From a virus, in IMG/VR virus record IMGVR_UViG_3300045988_165212: a stretch of DNA of 64,000 bases; one strand, given 5' to 3'. Shown here one piece after another: positions 36,656-45,935 of the stretch. Positions within the stretch are counted from its first letter, which is position 1. Each line of letters begins with the position of its first letter. A model generated the notes under the pieces. That model searched no databases. It saw only the letters and a program-made list of their open reading frames with translations, and was not told where the DNA came from. The position numbers and the translations under genes were made by a program.

Positions 36656-37120
36656 ATGACAAAAGCTGAAATAGAAAAGAAACGTTCATTGGCTCGAACA
36701 CTGTTCATGTCGGGTATGGAACAGGCTGAGATTGCCGAAAAGGTAGGCATCTCACGTGTCACCATATCCAAGTGGTGTGTGGCTGATGGATGGAAGGAGG
36801 CACGTGCGGCCAAGAGTGTCACACGTCCCGAACTGGTCAATAAGCTGTTGTTGACCATTGATGCGCTCATAACGCAAGTGAATGAATCTGGTGATCCAAT
36901 GGCGATGGCTGGACTGGGTGACAAGCTCGCAAAGCTCTCTTCTGTCATTGAGAAACTTGACAAGAAAGCTAATGTGGTGGATGTCATCGAGGTGTCCATG
37001 ATGTTTAGCAAGTGGTTGGAGTTCCGTGCCAAGTCTGACCATACGATAACAACCGAGCTGATGAAGCAAATCAATCATCTGCAAGACTTGTTTATCATGG
37101 AACAGATGGGTGTCAAATAA
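36656..37120 (+). CDS. Terminase small subunit (Mu gp27/DUF1804-like)
   Basis: HTH (MEQAEIAEKVGISRVTISKW..DGW), directly upstream of the large terminase. ATG at 36656 preferred over the track's TTG at 36650. Confidence 0.7.
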   Translation: MTKAEIEKKRSLARTLFMSGMEQAEIAEKVGISRVTISKWCVADGWKEARAAKSVTRPELVNKLLLTIDALITQVNESGDPMAMAGLGDKLAKLSSVIEKLDKKANVVDVIEVSMMFSKWLEFRAKSDHTITTELMKQINHLQDLFIMEQMGVK

Positions 37121-37129
37121 TATAGGTAT

Positions 37130-38689
37130 ATGGCAACAGCAGCAGAAAAGAAACTCGCATACGAGCAATGGAAGGAACGGTGCAAGCAAGTTCAGTCTTT
37201 CACCGACACCTCTCTTATGCGCAAGGAAACGCCCATTGAGAAGGAAAAGCGTATTCGTAGGCTGCAATCCAATTATGCCGCATTTTGCGAGTATTACTTT
37301 CCACACTTCTTGCAGCTTCGTGACAAGACCACTGGTGAGGTGATTCGCACCATTCACAATGCTCCTTTTCACAACCAGGCTGCACAGAAGGTGAAGAACA
37401 CCCCAAACCTCAAAGCGGTGTTCATGTGGCCACGTGGCCACGCCAAGTCCACCCACATGGACATCTTTACCCCTTTGTGGCTGATGTTTCAGGCAAAGCG
37501 TCTGATTAACTTCATGGTGGTTGTGGGCAAGTCAGAGGATAGTGCCAACCGCTTGCTTGGCGACATTCAGGCTGAATTGGAGTACAACCAACGCATCATT
37601 GCCGACTTTGGCGCACAGAAGAACGCTGGTGACTGGCAAGAAGGTGAGTTCAAGACCAAGGACGGCGTGAAGTTCCTTGCTTGTGGTCGTGGACAATCAC
37701 CACGTGGTTTGCGTGATCGTGAGGCACGTCCAGACTACATTGTTATTGATGACCTTGACGATGATGAGCTTTGCCGTAATGAGAAGCGTGTGCATGACCT
37801 TACCGACTGGGTGAAAGAAGCCCTTTTCGGTTCGCTTGACGTGGGTCGTGGTCGCTTCATCATGGTGGGCAACCTCATTTCCAAGACATCAGTTCTCTTC
37901 AACCTGGCACATACCAAGGGTGTGTTTCTGTCTAAGATTGTGGCGGTTGATGCTAATGGTGAACCTGTCTGGCGTGAGAAATGGACAAAGGAAGAGGCTC
38001 AGGCATACGCCGACTTTGTGGGATTCCGTGCTTGGAACAAAGAAATGATGCACAATCCTATCAAGGATGGCACGATATTTCGCCATGACTGGATTCGCTA
38101 CAAGAAGGTTCTTCCACTCAATAAGTATGACCAACTTATTTGCTACACCGACCCTTCTTTCAAATCGACCACGGCAAACGACTATAAGGCTTCACGTTTC
38201 TGGGGAAAGATAGGCACTGAGTTTCATTTGATTGATTGCTATGTCCGTCAAGATACCGTTGGCGGTATGGTCAGATGGCTCTACAACCTTTATGAATCCT
38301 TGCCTGATGATGTCACGGTGTCGTTCTTCATGGAGGCGAACTTTCTGCAAGATACCATTCTTGATGAGTTCACGGAAGAGGGCAACCGCCGTGGCTACCA
38401 GTTGCCGATTACAGGCGACAAGCGCAAGAAGCCAGAAAAGTTGCAGCGCATTGAGGCCGTTTCTCCTTTATGGGAACGTGGCTTTGTGTTCTACAATGAG
38501 GCGTTGAAGGAATCTCCAGATATGCAAGTGGGCATCGAACAGACGCTTTCACTCGAACGTGGCAGTCGTGTGCATGATGATGCGCCCGATGCTGATGAGG
38601 GTGCTATATGGATGCTCCAGCGCAACACTCGACAAGTTATTTACAAACCGAGGTTTGGCAAGCGTCCGACCTCTAAAAACAGTTGGTAA
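37130..38689 (+). CDS. Terminase large subunit
   Basis: 519 aa. Walker A-like PRGHAKST, Walker B DYIVIDDLDDDE, and a C-terminal nuclease-like half ending ..HDDAPDADEG. Confidence 0.85.
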   Translation: MATAAEKKLAYEQWKERCKQVQSFTDTSLMRKETPIEKEKRIRRLQSNYAAFCEYYFPHFLQLRDKTTGEVIRTIHNAPFHNQAAQKVKNTPNLKAVFMWPRGHAKSTHMDIFTPLWLMFQAKRLINFMVVVGKSEDSANRLLGDIQAELEYNQRIIADFGAQKNAGDWQEGEFKTKDGVKFLACGRGQSPRGLRDREARPDYIVIDDLDDDELCRNEKRVHDLTDWVKEALFGSLDVGRGRFIMVGNLISKTSVLFNLAHTKGVFLSKIVAVDANGEPVWREKWTKEEAQAYADFVGFRAWNKEMMHNPIKDGTIFRHDWIRYKKVLPLNKYDQLICYTDPSFKSTTANDYKASRFWGKIGTEFHLIDCYVRQDTVGGMVRWLYNLYESLPDDVTVSFFMEANFLQDTILDEFTEEGNRRGYQLPITGDKRKKPEKLQRIEAVSPLWERGFVFYNEALKESPDMQVGIEQTLSLERGSRVHDDAPDADEGAIWMLQRNTRQVIYKPRFGKRPTSKNSW

Positions 38690-38690
38690 T

Positions 38691-38921
38691 ATGATTAGAC
38701 TATTCAAAGATTTGCTTTTCGCTTGGCGTTACAAGCGTGCCGTCAAAGAAGCCATCATGCTCTCCCAAGGCAGTGGCTTGAAGTATTATGTTCTTTACAT
38801 GAATGGTGGTTTGAAGGTTGTACCCAAGCAGACCATCAAGACGCTTGTGAAGCGTCATCGTTTCAAGAAGGGTACAAAGGTTGAAGACATTGAGCGGCGT
38901 GCCTTGTTTGTGACAAAGTAA
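38691..38921 (+). CDS. Hypothetical protein (76 aa)
   Basis: ATG at 38691, right after the TerL stop. The track ORF begins upstream, inside TerL. Confidence 0.45.
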   Translation: MIRLFKDLLFAWRYKRAVKEAIMLSQGSGLKYYVLYMNGGLKVVPKQTIKTLVKRHRFKKGTKVEDIERRALFVTK

Positions 38922-38932
38922 GGAGGTGAATC

Positions 38933-39352
38933 ATGTTTATAACAGAAGATGATTATAAGGTGGTTATCGGCGACACCGCCATGAAGGTGGTTTCTCAGGC
39001 TTCTGCCGAGAATCGTGCCAATGCCGAGCGTGAGGCACAGGAGGAAATTTCGGGCTATCTGCGTCCAAAGTACGATTGTGATGCGGTGTTTGCTGCGGAA
39101 GGCGAAAAGCGCAACCATCAGATTGTGATGTTCACTTGCGACATTGCCCTTTACCACATGGTTTCGGCTATGCCTCAAAAGATGGGTTCCGACATTCGTA
39201 AGGAACGCTATGAGCGTGCCATCAAGTGGTTAGAGGGTGTTCAGTCTGGCAAGATTGTTCCTGACCTGCCACTGGTGCTGGATGACAACGGTGAAATGGT
39301 TGGCAGTTCCATTGTCTATGGCTGTCAGCGTAAACTTAGACATAATTGGTAA
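38933..39352 (+). CDS. DUF1320 / Mu gp36-like head-tail connector protein
   Basis: 139 aa. The pattern (MFITEDDY..AEREAQEEISGYLRPKYD..DIALYHM..RYERAIKWLEGVQSGK) matches my memory of the DUF1320 family. Confidence 0.55.
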   Translation: MFITEDDYKVVIGDTAMKVVSQASAENRANAEREAQEEISGYLRPKYDCDAVFAAEGEKRNHQIVMFTCDIALYHMVSAMPQKMGSDIRKERYERAIKWLEGVQSGKIVPDLPLVLDDNGEMVGSSIVYGCQRKLRHNW

Positions 39353-40674
39353 ACGACATGGGATATATTCAGAATTTTATACAGAGCATAACAAGCAAGC
39401 CACGCATCTTGCACACCTCGCATGGTGATTTCAATCTTGCCAAGGCTTCTGGGCGCAAGAACGTCCAGAAAATAGTGGCACAGCTACAACGCACCACTGA
39501 GGCACTCACACGCTCTGATATGCAAGACTGGCGCAATGCCTGGCAGATGGCAATCAGTGTGGAAAGTCCAAACCGTCAACGTCTCTATGACATCTATCGG
39601 GACGCTGATGTTGATGCGCACCTTTCGGGATGCGTTGAACAGCGCAAGGGCTTTGTGATGGCTCGTTCCTTCAAGATCATTGACAAGAATGAGAATGTGA
39701 AGGATGATGCGCTGCACTATTTCAACCAGGCATGGTTTAAGCAACTTTTGCGCCTTGCCTTGGATTCCATCTATTGGGGTCACTCGCTCATTGAGCTTGG
39801 CGACATTACCACTGATGGTGACGGTTGTCCATGCTTCAATGGTGTGAAGCTGATAAACCGCAAGTATGTCATTCCTGAGTATGGGCGTGTTATCACAGAT
39901 CTTGGCATGGACTGGACTACTGGCATCGACTACCATCAGCCACCTTTCACAGACTGGCTCATTGAGGCAGGTCAGCCTGATGATTTGGGACTTTATTTGA
40001 AGGCTGCTGCACATACCATCCCGAAAAAGAACACGCTTGCCTTCTGGGACACATTTGGTGAAATATTTGGTATGCCTATGCGCATTGGCCACACCACCGT
40101 CCGTGACGAAAAGGAGCTTTCCAAGATGGAGAACATGATGGCTACCATGGGAACTGAGTTCTGGGCTTTGTTTCCAGAGGGTACTGACATTGAGGTGGTG
40201 GAAAGCACCAAGGGCGATGCGTTCAATGTGTATGACAAGCGTGTTGACCGTGCCAACTCCGAGCTGTCAAAGCTCATTATTGGTCAGACCATGACCATTG
40301 AGGATGGCAGTAGCCTTTCACAGTCGCAAACCCATCTTGAAGTGTTCCAGAACCTTGTGGAGAGTGATGCGGATATGTTGGCAGACCTTGTGAACAATCA
40401 GCTAATTCCTCGCATGGTGAAACTTGGCTTTCCTCTTCAAGGTTTGCGCTTTGCATGGGATGATGCAGTTGATTACACTCCAGAACAGCAATTCACATAC
40501 GAAAAGATGATTGCAGACCGCTATGAGGTCGATCCAAAGTATTTCGCCGACAAGTACAATATGCCAGTGGGTGAACGCCGGCAGCAACAGGTTCCTTCAC
40601 CAGACCCTGATGATGGTGGTGATAACGGCAAAGACCCAAAGAAGCAGCACAACGCACGTCCTTTTTTCGATTAA
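39346..40674 (+). CDS. Portal protein (Mu gp29/DUF935-like)
   Basis: 442 aa, between terminase and the Mu F-like gene. Acidic/Gly-rich C-terminus. Confidence 0.75.
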   Translation: MVNDMGYIQNFIQSITSKPRILHTSHGDFNLAKASGRKNVQKIVAQLQRTTEALTRSDMQDWRNAWQMAISVESPNRQRLYDIYRDADVDAHLSGCVEQRKGFVMARSFKIIDKNENVKDDALHYFNQAWFKQLLRLALDSIYWGHSLIELGDITTDGDGCPCFNGVKLINRKYVIPEYGRVITDLGMDWTTGIDYHQPPFTDWLIEAGQPDDLGLYLKAAAHTIPKKNTLAFWDTFGEIFGMPMRIGHTTVRDEKELSKMENMMATMGTEFWALFPEGTDIEVVESTKGDAFNVYDKRVDRANSELSKLIIGQTMTIEDGSSLSQSQTHLEVFQNLVESDADMLADLVNNQLIPRMVKLGFPLQGLRFAWDDAVDYTPEQQFTYEKMIADRYEVDPKYFADKYNMPVGERRQQQVPSPDPDDGGDNGKDPKKQHNARPFFD

Positions 40675-40688
40675 GCCCCACCGACTAT

Positions 40689-42140
40689 GTGGGGCTGCAC
40701 CAACGGTATGCCACCATCCTTGGAAACAAGACACTGACATTGGCTGCACCCATCAAGGATGAACTACGTGAGGAACTTTGCAAGAAGTTTGCAAAGATGA
40801 TGTCTGCACTCTTCAAGCAGAAGGGTGCAAACTTCGACATCAACATCATAGCCTCTGATGAGGCACAAGACTTTATCAATACGCACACCTCTGTTCTTGA
40901 CAGTTCTTTTCAAAAGGTAGAAATGTCCGACCTCATGCGCCAACGTCTTACACGCTCCAACTATATCTTTAGTGGAATGAAGACGTTCCATGAACTCAAT
41001 GAGGCTTTTCCATCCTTGCTTGATGAGAATGGCAATAAAAAGACGTTTGAACGCTTTTTGAACGATGTCCGAAAGATAGATGAAACGTATAACTCCAACT
41101 ATCTACGTGCTGAATACAACTTTGTTCAGGCATCAGCGGAAATGGCTGCAAAGTGGGAAAAGTTCATGGAGGATGGTGATCATTATTATCTCCAGTATCG
41201 AACCCAGCATGATGACAAGGTTCGACCAGAACACGCCTCGCTTGACCGTGTGACACTTCCACCGTCCGATTCATTCTGGGAATCATATTACCCACCTAAC
41301 GGATGGAATTGCCGTTGCACGGTGGTTCAGGTTCTTAAACGAAAGTATGAGCCTACACCGCACGATGAAGCCATGTCACTGGGTGAGGAAGCTTTGCAGA
41401 CTGATAAAAAAGGAATATTCCGTTTCAATTCGGGTAAGGAGCAAAAGACGGTTCCTGACTACAACCCTTATACCATCAAGCGGTGTCGTGACTGTGATAT
41501 TGCAAAGGGTAAGTTGAATCTTGACAGAAAGCCTGTTGCAGACAATGAACTTTGTGCTGCTTGCCGATTGGTACATAAATGCGCCAATGCGTACACTGAT
41601 TCAGGAAAAACAAATCTTTCTGTTGAAGACCGTGATGCGATACTTGCAAAGCCTTTGGATGAACAATATTTCACCAAATACATTGGCATCAAAGGAAAAG
41701 TATTGCAACATGAGTTGGCTTGCTCTACAGCAGAAGACTATAAACGTGTTTTGGATGTAGCTAAGGCTTTTGCTGATGAATTTGGTGATTGTTTACTAAA
41801 TCCTGAAATTCAATTCACCGCAACAAGTGGAAGAAGAAAGGTTTATGATATGCTTCCAGAAGACAGTAAAGCAAACCCAGATTTGAAAGTGGGCGAATTT
41901 GGATATATTGATGTGAAATCACCTGAAAAAGTTATGAACTGTTGTCGCAATGCGAACCATGCTTCTGATGCACAAAATGCTTGCGTTTGTCTGACAGACC
42001 ATTGCTTTAGAAAGCCAATTACGGAAAGACAAATTCAAGATAGGAACAAAGCTATTTGGGATAGTGAACAATATCACCATGACTACATCTTTTGGTATGT
42101 CAATGGTAAGCTCAGAAAATACAAGAGACCAATGGAATAA
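40689..42140 (+). CDS. Mu F-like minor head protein with ~230-aa Cys-rich C-terminal extension
   Basis: Hallmark DDKVRPEHASLD..FWESYYPPNGWNCRCTV (about 41230..41325). GTG start is uncertain. Extension spans ~41440..42140. Confidence 0.8.
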   Translation: MGLHQRYATILGNKTLTLAAPIKDELREELCKKFAKMMSALFKQKGANFDINIIASDEAQDFINTHTSVLDSSFQKVEMSDLMRQRLTRSNYIFSGMKTFHELNEAFPSLLDENGNKKTFERFLNDVRKIDETYNSNYLRAEYNFVQASAEMAAKWEKFMEDGDHYYLQYRTQHDDKVRPEHASLDRVTLPPSDSFWESYYPPNGWNCRCTVVQVLKRKYEPTPHDEAMSLGEEALQTDKKGIFRFNSGKEQKTVPDYNPYTIKRCRDCDIAKGKLNLDRKPVADNELCAACRLVHKCANAYTDSGKTNLSVEDRDAILAKPLDEQYFTKYIGIKGKVLQHELACSTAEDYKRVLDVAKAFADEFGDCLLNPEIQFTATSGRRKVYDMLPEDSKANPDLKVGEFGYIDVKSPEKVMNCCRNANHASDAQNACVCLTDHCFRKPITERQIQDRNKAIWDSEQYHHDYIFWYVNGKLRKYKRPME

Positions 42141-42303
42141 TCCGTTGGCCTCAGGTTCTGCAACGTCGCACGCTGCTTTCAGTGGTTATCAGTACTTCGC
42201 TCTCCACGCTGCAAAGATAGTAATAAATTTCAATATAGCAACTAAATTACAACATTTTTTAAGGTTATTCGTTATAAAATGTATAGCAACAGAGTTTTAT
42301 ACG

Positions 42304-42311
42304 TAACTTTG
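42304..42311 (+). promoter_or_regulatory. Bacteroidota -7 box TAACTTTG, 26 nt upstream of the TR-like element
   Basis: Exact TAnnTTTG match in the unique DNA just outside the inverted repeat. Confidence 0.5.
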
Positions 42312-42336
42312 CAGCCCAAAAGGTGGAATTTCCCAA

Positions 42337-42503
42337 TAAGCCGTGTGGTTTATCGTGGGTACAACAACGCGAATGCGAATGGCGGTGTCGTGAATGCGAA
42401 TGCGAATAACGATGCAGCGAATGCGAATGCGAATGTCGGCTCACGCCTGGACAAACTGATTACACCATCAATCGGCCTACCATACCAGGGACGTGATTCC
42501 TAA
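42337..42503 (+). repeat. DGR template repeat (TR)-like element; 3' boundary uncertain
   Basis: Non-genic context with a promoter upstream and the 150-nt spacer plus RT downstream. 11 AAY codons in 24 (42363..42434). The other codons are almost free of A. Confidence 0.75.
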
Positions 42504-42653
42504 CATGGAGCCGAGGGAAACGAACCTCAGCAAACTACCAATATGGGAAAGCTGAAAAATCAAGTGTTGGGTGGAGTTTGGTAGGCCGTTCTTACGGCTC
42601 GAAGAAGTCAGGCCCAGAGACAGGAAGGCCAAAAGGCCATAAAATTATTAACA
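42504..42653 (+). other. DGR spacer between TR and RT (structured RNA candidate)
   Basis: 10-nt perfect complementarity 42473..42482 / 42579..42588. Local hairpins gccgt-tctt-acggc (42585..42598) and ggcc-aaaa-ggcc (42627..42638). Confidence 0.55.
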
Positions 42654-43955
42654 ATGCGTAGAGAAGGTTACATCATAGAAGAAATCATTGACTACTCCAA
42701 TATGTCAGAGTCGTTTGATGAAGTTCTCCGTGGCAAGAAGCGGAAACGCTCACGTCAGGGACGCTACTTGCTTGCGCATCGTGAAGAGGTGATTAAGGAG
42801 CTAACAGAGCAAATTGCCAATGGCTCTTTCCGTGTGAGTGGCTACCGTGAGCGCACAATCCACGAATACGGCAAAGAAAGGAACTTGCAGATTCTTTCGA
42901 TGAAAGACCGCATAGGTGTCCATGCTATAATGTCCGTGGTGGACAGACATCTGCAAAGACGTTACATACGCACAACAGCAGCATCCATCAAGGAACGTGG
43001 CACGCACGACCTTATGAAGGTAATTCGTCAAGATATGCAGCATGACCCAGAAGGCACGCTATATGCCTACAAGTTTGACATCAGACATTTCTATGAGAAT
43101 GTTCGTCAAGACTTTGCCATGTGGTGCTACCGCCGTGTGTTCAAAGACCAGAAGCTGCTCGTTATGTTGGAATCCTTTGTTACCATGCTGGACAGAGGCA
43201 TCAGCTTTGGACTAAGAAGCTCGCAAGCCACTGGCAACTTGTTGTTGTCTGTATTTTTAGACCACTATTTGAAAGATAAGTGTGGGGTCGCTCATTTCTA
43301 CAGATATTGTGATGACGGCCTTGTGCTTGGTAAAACGAAAGCGGAATTATGGGTGATTCGTGAAATTATCCACTCTCAGGTGAACCAGATTGATTTGGAG
43401 ATAAAGCCAAATGAAAGGGTGTTCCCAGTGGATGAGGGCATTGACTTCTTGGGATATGTCATATATCCCGACCATGTGGCGATACGCAAGCGTATCAAGC
43501 AGAAGTTTGCCCGAAAAATGCACGAGGTTAAATCGAGGAAAAGAAGGCGTGAGCTGATTGCCAGTTTCTATGGCATGACAAAGCACGCCGACTGTAATAG
43601 ATTGTTTAATAAATTAACAGGCAAAACAATGAGATCATTTAAAGATTTGAACGTTTCTTATAAGCCAGCGGATGGCAAGAAGCGTTTCCCTGGGTCAGTG
43701 GTAAGCATCAGGGAATTAGTGAACTTACCAATCATCGTGAAGGACTTCGAGCTTGGCATCAAGACTGAGCAAGGCGAAGACCGCTGCATTGTCTCCATCG
43801 AACAGAACGGTGAGGCAAAGAAGTTTTTCACCAATTCGGAGGAAATGAAGAATATTCTCCAACAGATTAGTGAACTGCCAGATGGCTTGCCTTTTGAGAC
43901 AACTATCAGAACAGAGACATTTGGCAAAGGTAGAACCAAATACGTATTTAGCTAA
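42654..43955 (+). CDS. DGR-type reverse transcriptase (identical copy of 14170..15471)
   Basis: Identical 433-aa protein. GxxxSQ and YCDD motifs. Confidence 0.9.
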   Translation: MRREGYIIEEIIDYSNMSESFDEVLRGKKRKRSRQGRYLLAHREEVIKELTEQIANGSFRVSGYRERTIHEYGKERNLQILSMKDRIGVHAIMSVVDRHLQRRYIRTTAASIKERGTHDLMKVIRQDMQHDPEGTLYAYKFDIRHFYENVRQDFAMWCYRRVFKDQKLLVMLESFVTMLDRGISFGLRSSQATGNLLLSVFLDHYLKDKCGVAHFYRYCDDGLVLGKTKAELWVIREIIHSQVNQIDLEIKPNERVFPVDEGIDFLGYVIYPDHVAIRKRIKQKFARKMHEVKSRKRRRELIASFYGMTKHADCNRLFNKLTGKTMRSFKDLNVSYKPADGKKRFPGSVVSIRELVNLPIIVKDFELGIKTEQGEDRCIVSIEQNGEAKKFFTNSEEMKNILQQISELPDGLPFETTIRTETFGKGRTKYVFS

Positions 43956-44437
43956 TGAAACGAACAGAAGGAAGTGCGGTGGTGAAACTGCTTGAATGCG
44001 TGAACCCCGTCAAGAACAAATGGCGCATCCGTTGGGATGTCATAGTTAAAGAGGACGGTTCGGCCAACTACATGGAGGCAGAGTTTACCAATGGCAAGCC
44101 TTCTGTGGATGACATCAAGCGAACCGTCTTGGACTGGTACAACGAACAGACTGACCAAGCCATCATTTCTGGCTTCACATATAAGGGTCAGGCAGTGTGG
44201 CTATCCACTGAAAACCAGTTCAACTATAAGGCTGCTTATGACCTTGCCGTGCAAACGGAAGGAAAGACGCTGCCAGTAACGTTCAAGTTTGGAACTGAGG
44301 ATGAACCGTCATACCATACGTTTGACACACTTGAAGAACTCGCCGACTTTTATCTGAAAGCCACCGAATATGTGCAAAACACCTTGGCTGAGGGATGGAA
44401 GAAGAAGGATGCTTTTGATTTGAGCTTGTATCAGTAA
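43955..44437 (+). CDS. DUF4376-like protein coupled to the RT (copy of 13688..14170)
   Basis: Identical 160-aa protein with TAATG overlap at 43953..43957. Confidence 0.55.
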   Translation: MKRTEGSAVVKLLECVNPVKNKWRIRWDVIVKEDGSANYMEAEFTNGKPSVDDIKRTVLDWYNEQTDQAIISGFTYKGQAVWLSTENQFNYKAAYDLAVQTEGKTLPVTFKFGTEDEPSYHTFDTLEELADFYLKATEYVQNTLAEGWKKKDAFDLSLYQ

Positions 44438-44463
44438 GGGTCAAACGACATCCGAAGGACATT

Positions 44464-44501
44464 AAAAAAGCATCCGAAGCTGTCAAGGCATCGGATGCTT
44501 T
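44464..44501. terminator. Bidirectional terminator (mirror of 13624..13661)
   Basis: Exact inverted copy. Confidence 0.75.
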
Positions 44502-44509
44502 AATTATAT

Positions 44510-44953
44510 TTACTTGGACTGGCCAAGTTCTCTGTAACCCACATAACTATAAGTTTCAATGTTTTCCAAAATATCCTCATGGTTGTGGTTGGTTGTCGAA
44601 TTGCTGATGTCGAACTCCTTGAAATGTTCACCGTCCACATCTGCCAGGGCTGTGTGAATCTTTTCCAAGAGGTCAAACACGGTCAAACTCTCTTCTCTTT
44701 GGTCGCTGTTGGCTGCACTGCTGCCCAACCAGTCTGTCACCACGTGCAAGTTCACTTTCGCTTCTGTCACATAGCGCATACCTGCCACCGTAGCCTCCCA
44801 GTTGATTGGGCAAAGCTCCACAAACACCGCTGGACGTTCCCAGTTGTCTTCTTGTTCAATGAACTCCACATTGTGGTTCCAAAGGTCAATATACTTGATT
44901 TCTGGTATATTGCCCAGACGCTCACAAAGCATCTTGTAAATCTCTTTTCTCAT
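44510..44953 (-). CDS. Hypothetical virion-associated protein (copy of 13172..13615)
   Basis: Identical protein. Confidence 0.5.
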   Translation of the reverse strand: MRKEIYKMLCERLGNIPEIKYIDLWNHNVEFIEQEDNWERPAVFVELCPINWEATVAGMRYVTEAKVNLHVVTDWLGSSAANSDQREESLTVFDLLEKIHTALADVDGEHFKEFDISNSTTNHNHEDILENIETYSYVGYRELGQSK

Positions 44954-45525
44954 TTCTTCAATCGTTTTTCAAAATGTTCCATTTCCTTTCCGAGGTATTC
45001 TTGCAAATTATCCTCGATGATGTCCGTAACTGCCTTTTCCACCTCTGGTGACAAACCCAGAAACTGCCTCTTTGGTATCTTGATTGTCGTGCCTTCCTTC
45101 TTCAAGGCCATGAACTTCCAGAACTCTGCCACGTCACTGATGTGCCGTGTCTTTTTGTCCTTGCGCTGCGTGCCGTCCTTGCGCCTTGCAAAGGTCAATG
45201 CACCTGCGGCATCCATGTACTTGTGCCAGAAATAGCCTTTCATTCGTTTTGTCACCACTATCTCACCGCCTTCATTGTGAATGTCGGCGTATGGCAAATC
45301 AGTGAAGAAGCGGATGCTCGTTTCCTTCATCTCGCTTCTGACGCTTCTCCTCAGCGTGCCTGTATCAACAAGAATATGCCCACCTGGTCGAAGGGGGCTT
45401 CTGTGCCGTTCCCATGCCTCGCTGAAAAATGCCTCTCGCTCAAAGTTCTGGTCAAACTCGTCACTTAGGTCAACGCGGATGTCATTCAGAATCCTCTTAA
45501 TAATAGTCTTTTCCTTGCTCATCAT
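44950..45525 (-). CDS. Mu G-like virion morphogenesis protein (copy of 12600..13175)
   Basis: Identical protein with the YADIHNEGG motif. Confidence 0.6.
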   Translation of the reverse strand: MMSKEKTIIKRILNDIRVDLSDEFDQNFEREAFFSEAWERHRSPLRPGGHILVDTGTLRRSVRSEMKETSIRFFTDLPYADIHNEGGEIVVTKRMKGYFWHKYMDAAGALTFARRKDGTQRKDKKTRHISDVAEFWKFMALKKEGTTIKIPKRQFLGLSPEVEKAVTDIIEDNLQEYLGKEMEHFEKRLKK

Positions 45526-45748
45526 TCCAAAAATCAAGATACGGTTGAGCGTCTGCTGGAATCTCATTCTTTGATTCAGCAGACGCTTTCAATATATTGT
45601 AAAATTGACGCTCACTGATAGCATACTCAGGATATATGAACCTGCGCCATATCTCACGGTTTGGAACACCGTCCTTGATATGCCGGTCATATATCCTGTT
45701 GATGTCAGCAACACGTTTCTGATAACTTAGTCCGCGTCGCTTTCCCAT
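45497..45748 (-). CDS. Hypothetical small basic protein (copy of 12377..12628)
   Basis: Identical protein. Confidence 0.45.
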   Translation of the reverse strand: MGKRRGLSYQKRVADINRIYDRHIKDGVPNREIWRRFIYPEYAISERQFYNILKASAESKNEIPADAQPYLDFWNDEQGKDYY

Positions 45749-45752
45749 GGGG

Positions 45753-45935
45753 CTAATTGTTTGTTGTATGTTTAACCTTTGGATGATATGGACGGATGTC
45801 AAGTGTCATTTCACAGCTCACTGTCACACGTCCACTTCCTTCACATTGTGGGCAAATTTCCTCGCCCTTTCTCCCAGTGCCGTGGCACATTCTACACAGT
45901 GCCACCTTGGGTGCCTTGGTTGTCGTTGTCTTCAT
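45753..45935 (-). CDS. Mini zinc-ribbon protein (copy of 12190..12372)
   Basis: Identical protein. Confidence 0.5.
   Translation of the reverse strand: MKTTTTKAPKVALCRMCHGTGRKGEEICPQCEGSGRVTVSCEMTLDIRPYHPKVKHTTNN

Noticed and set aside
42141-42210. Hairpin-containing segment after Mu F (cgttg..caacg) considered as a tRNA fragment or phage attachment site
   Set aside because: No cloverleaf, no T-loop GTTCRANNC motif, and no CCA-proximal acceptor pairing that I could build. The short 5-bp stem is more likely a weak terminator or nothing.
42279-42503. 74-aa ORF (MYSNRVLYVTLQPKRWNFPISRVVYRGYNNANAN...) upstream of the right-hand RT
   Set aside because: Its C-terminal 54 aa are simply the TR-like element read in the fibre frame. 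Its N-terminal part runs across AT-rich promoter DNA that includes the -7 box. TRs need not be translated. I treat it as a non-coding template, not a gene.
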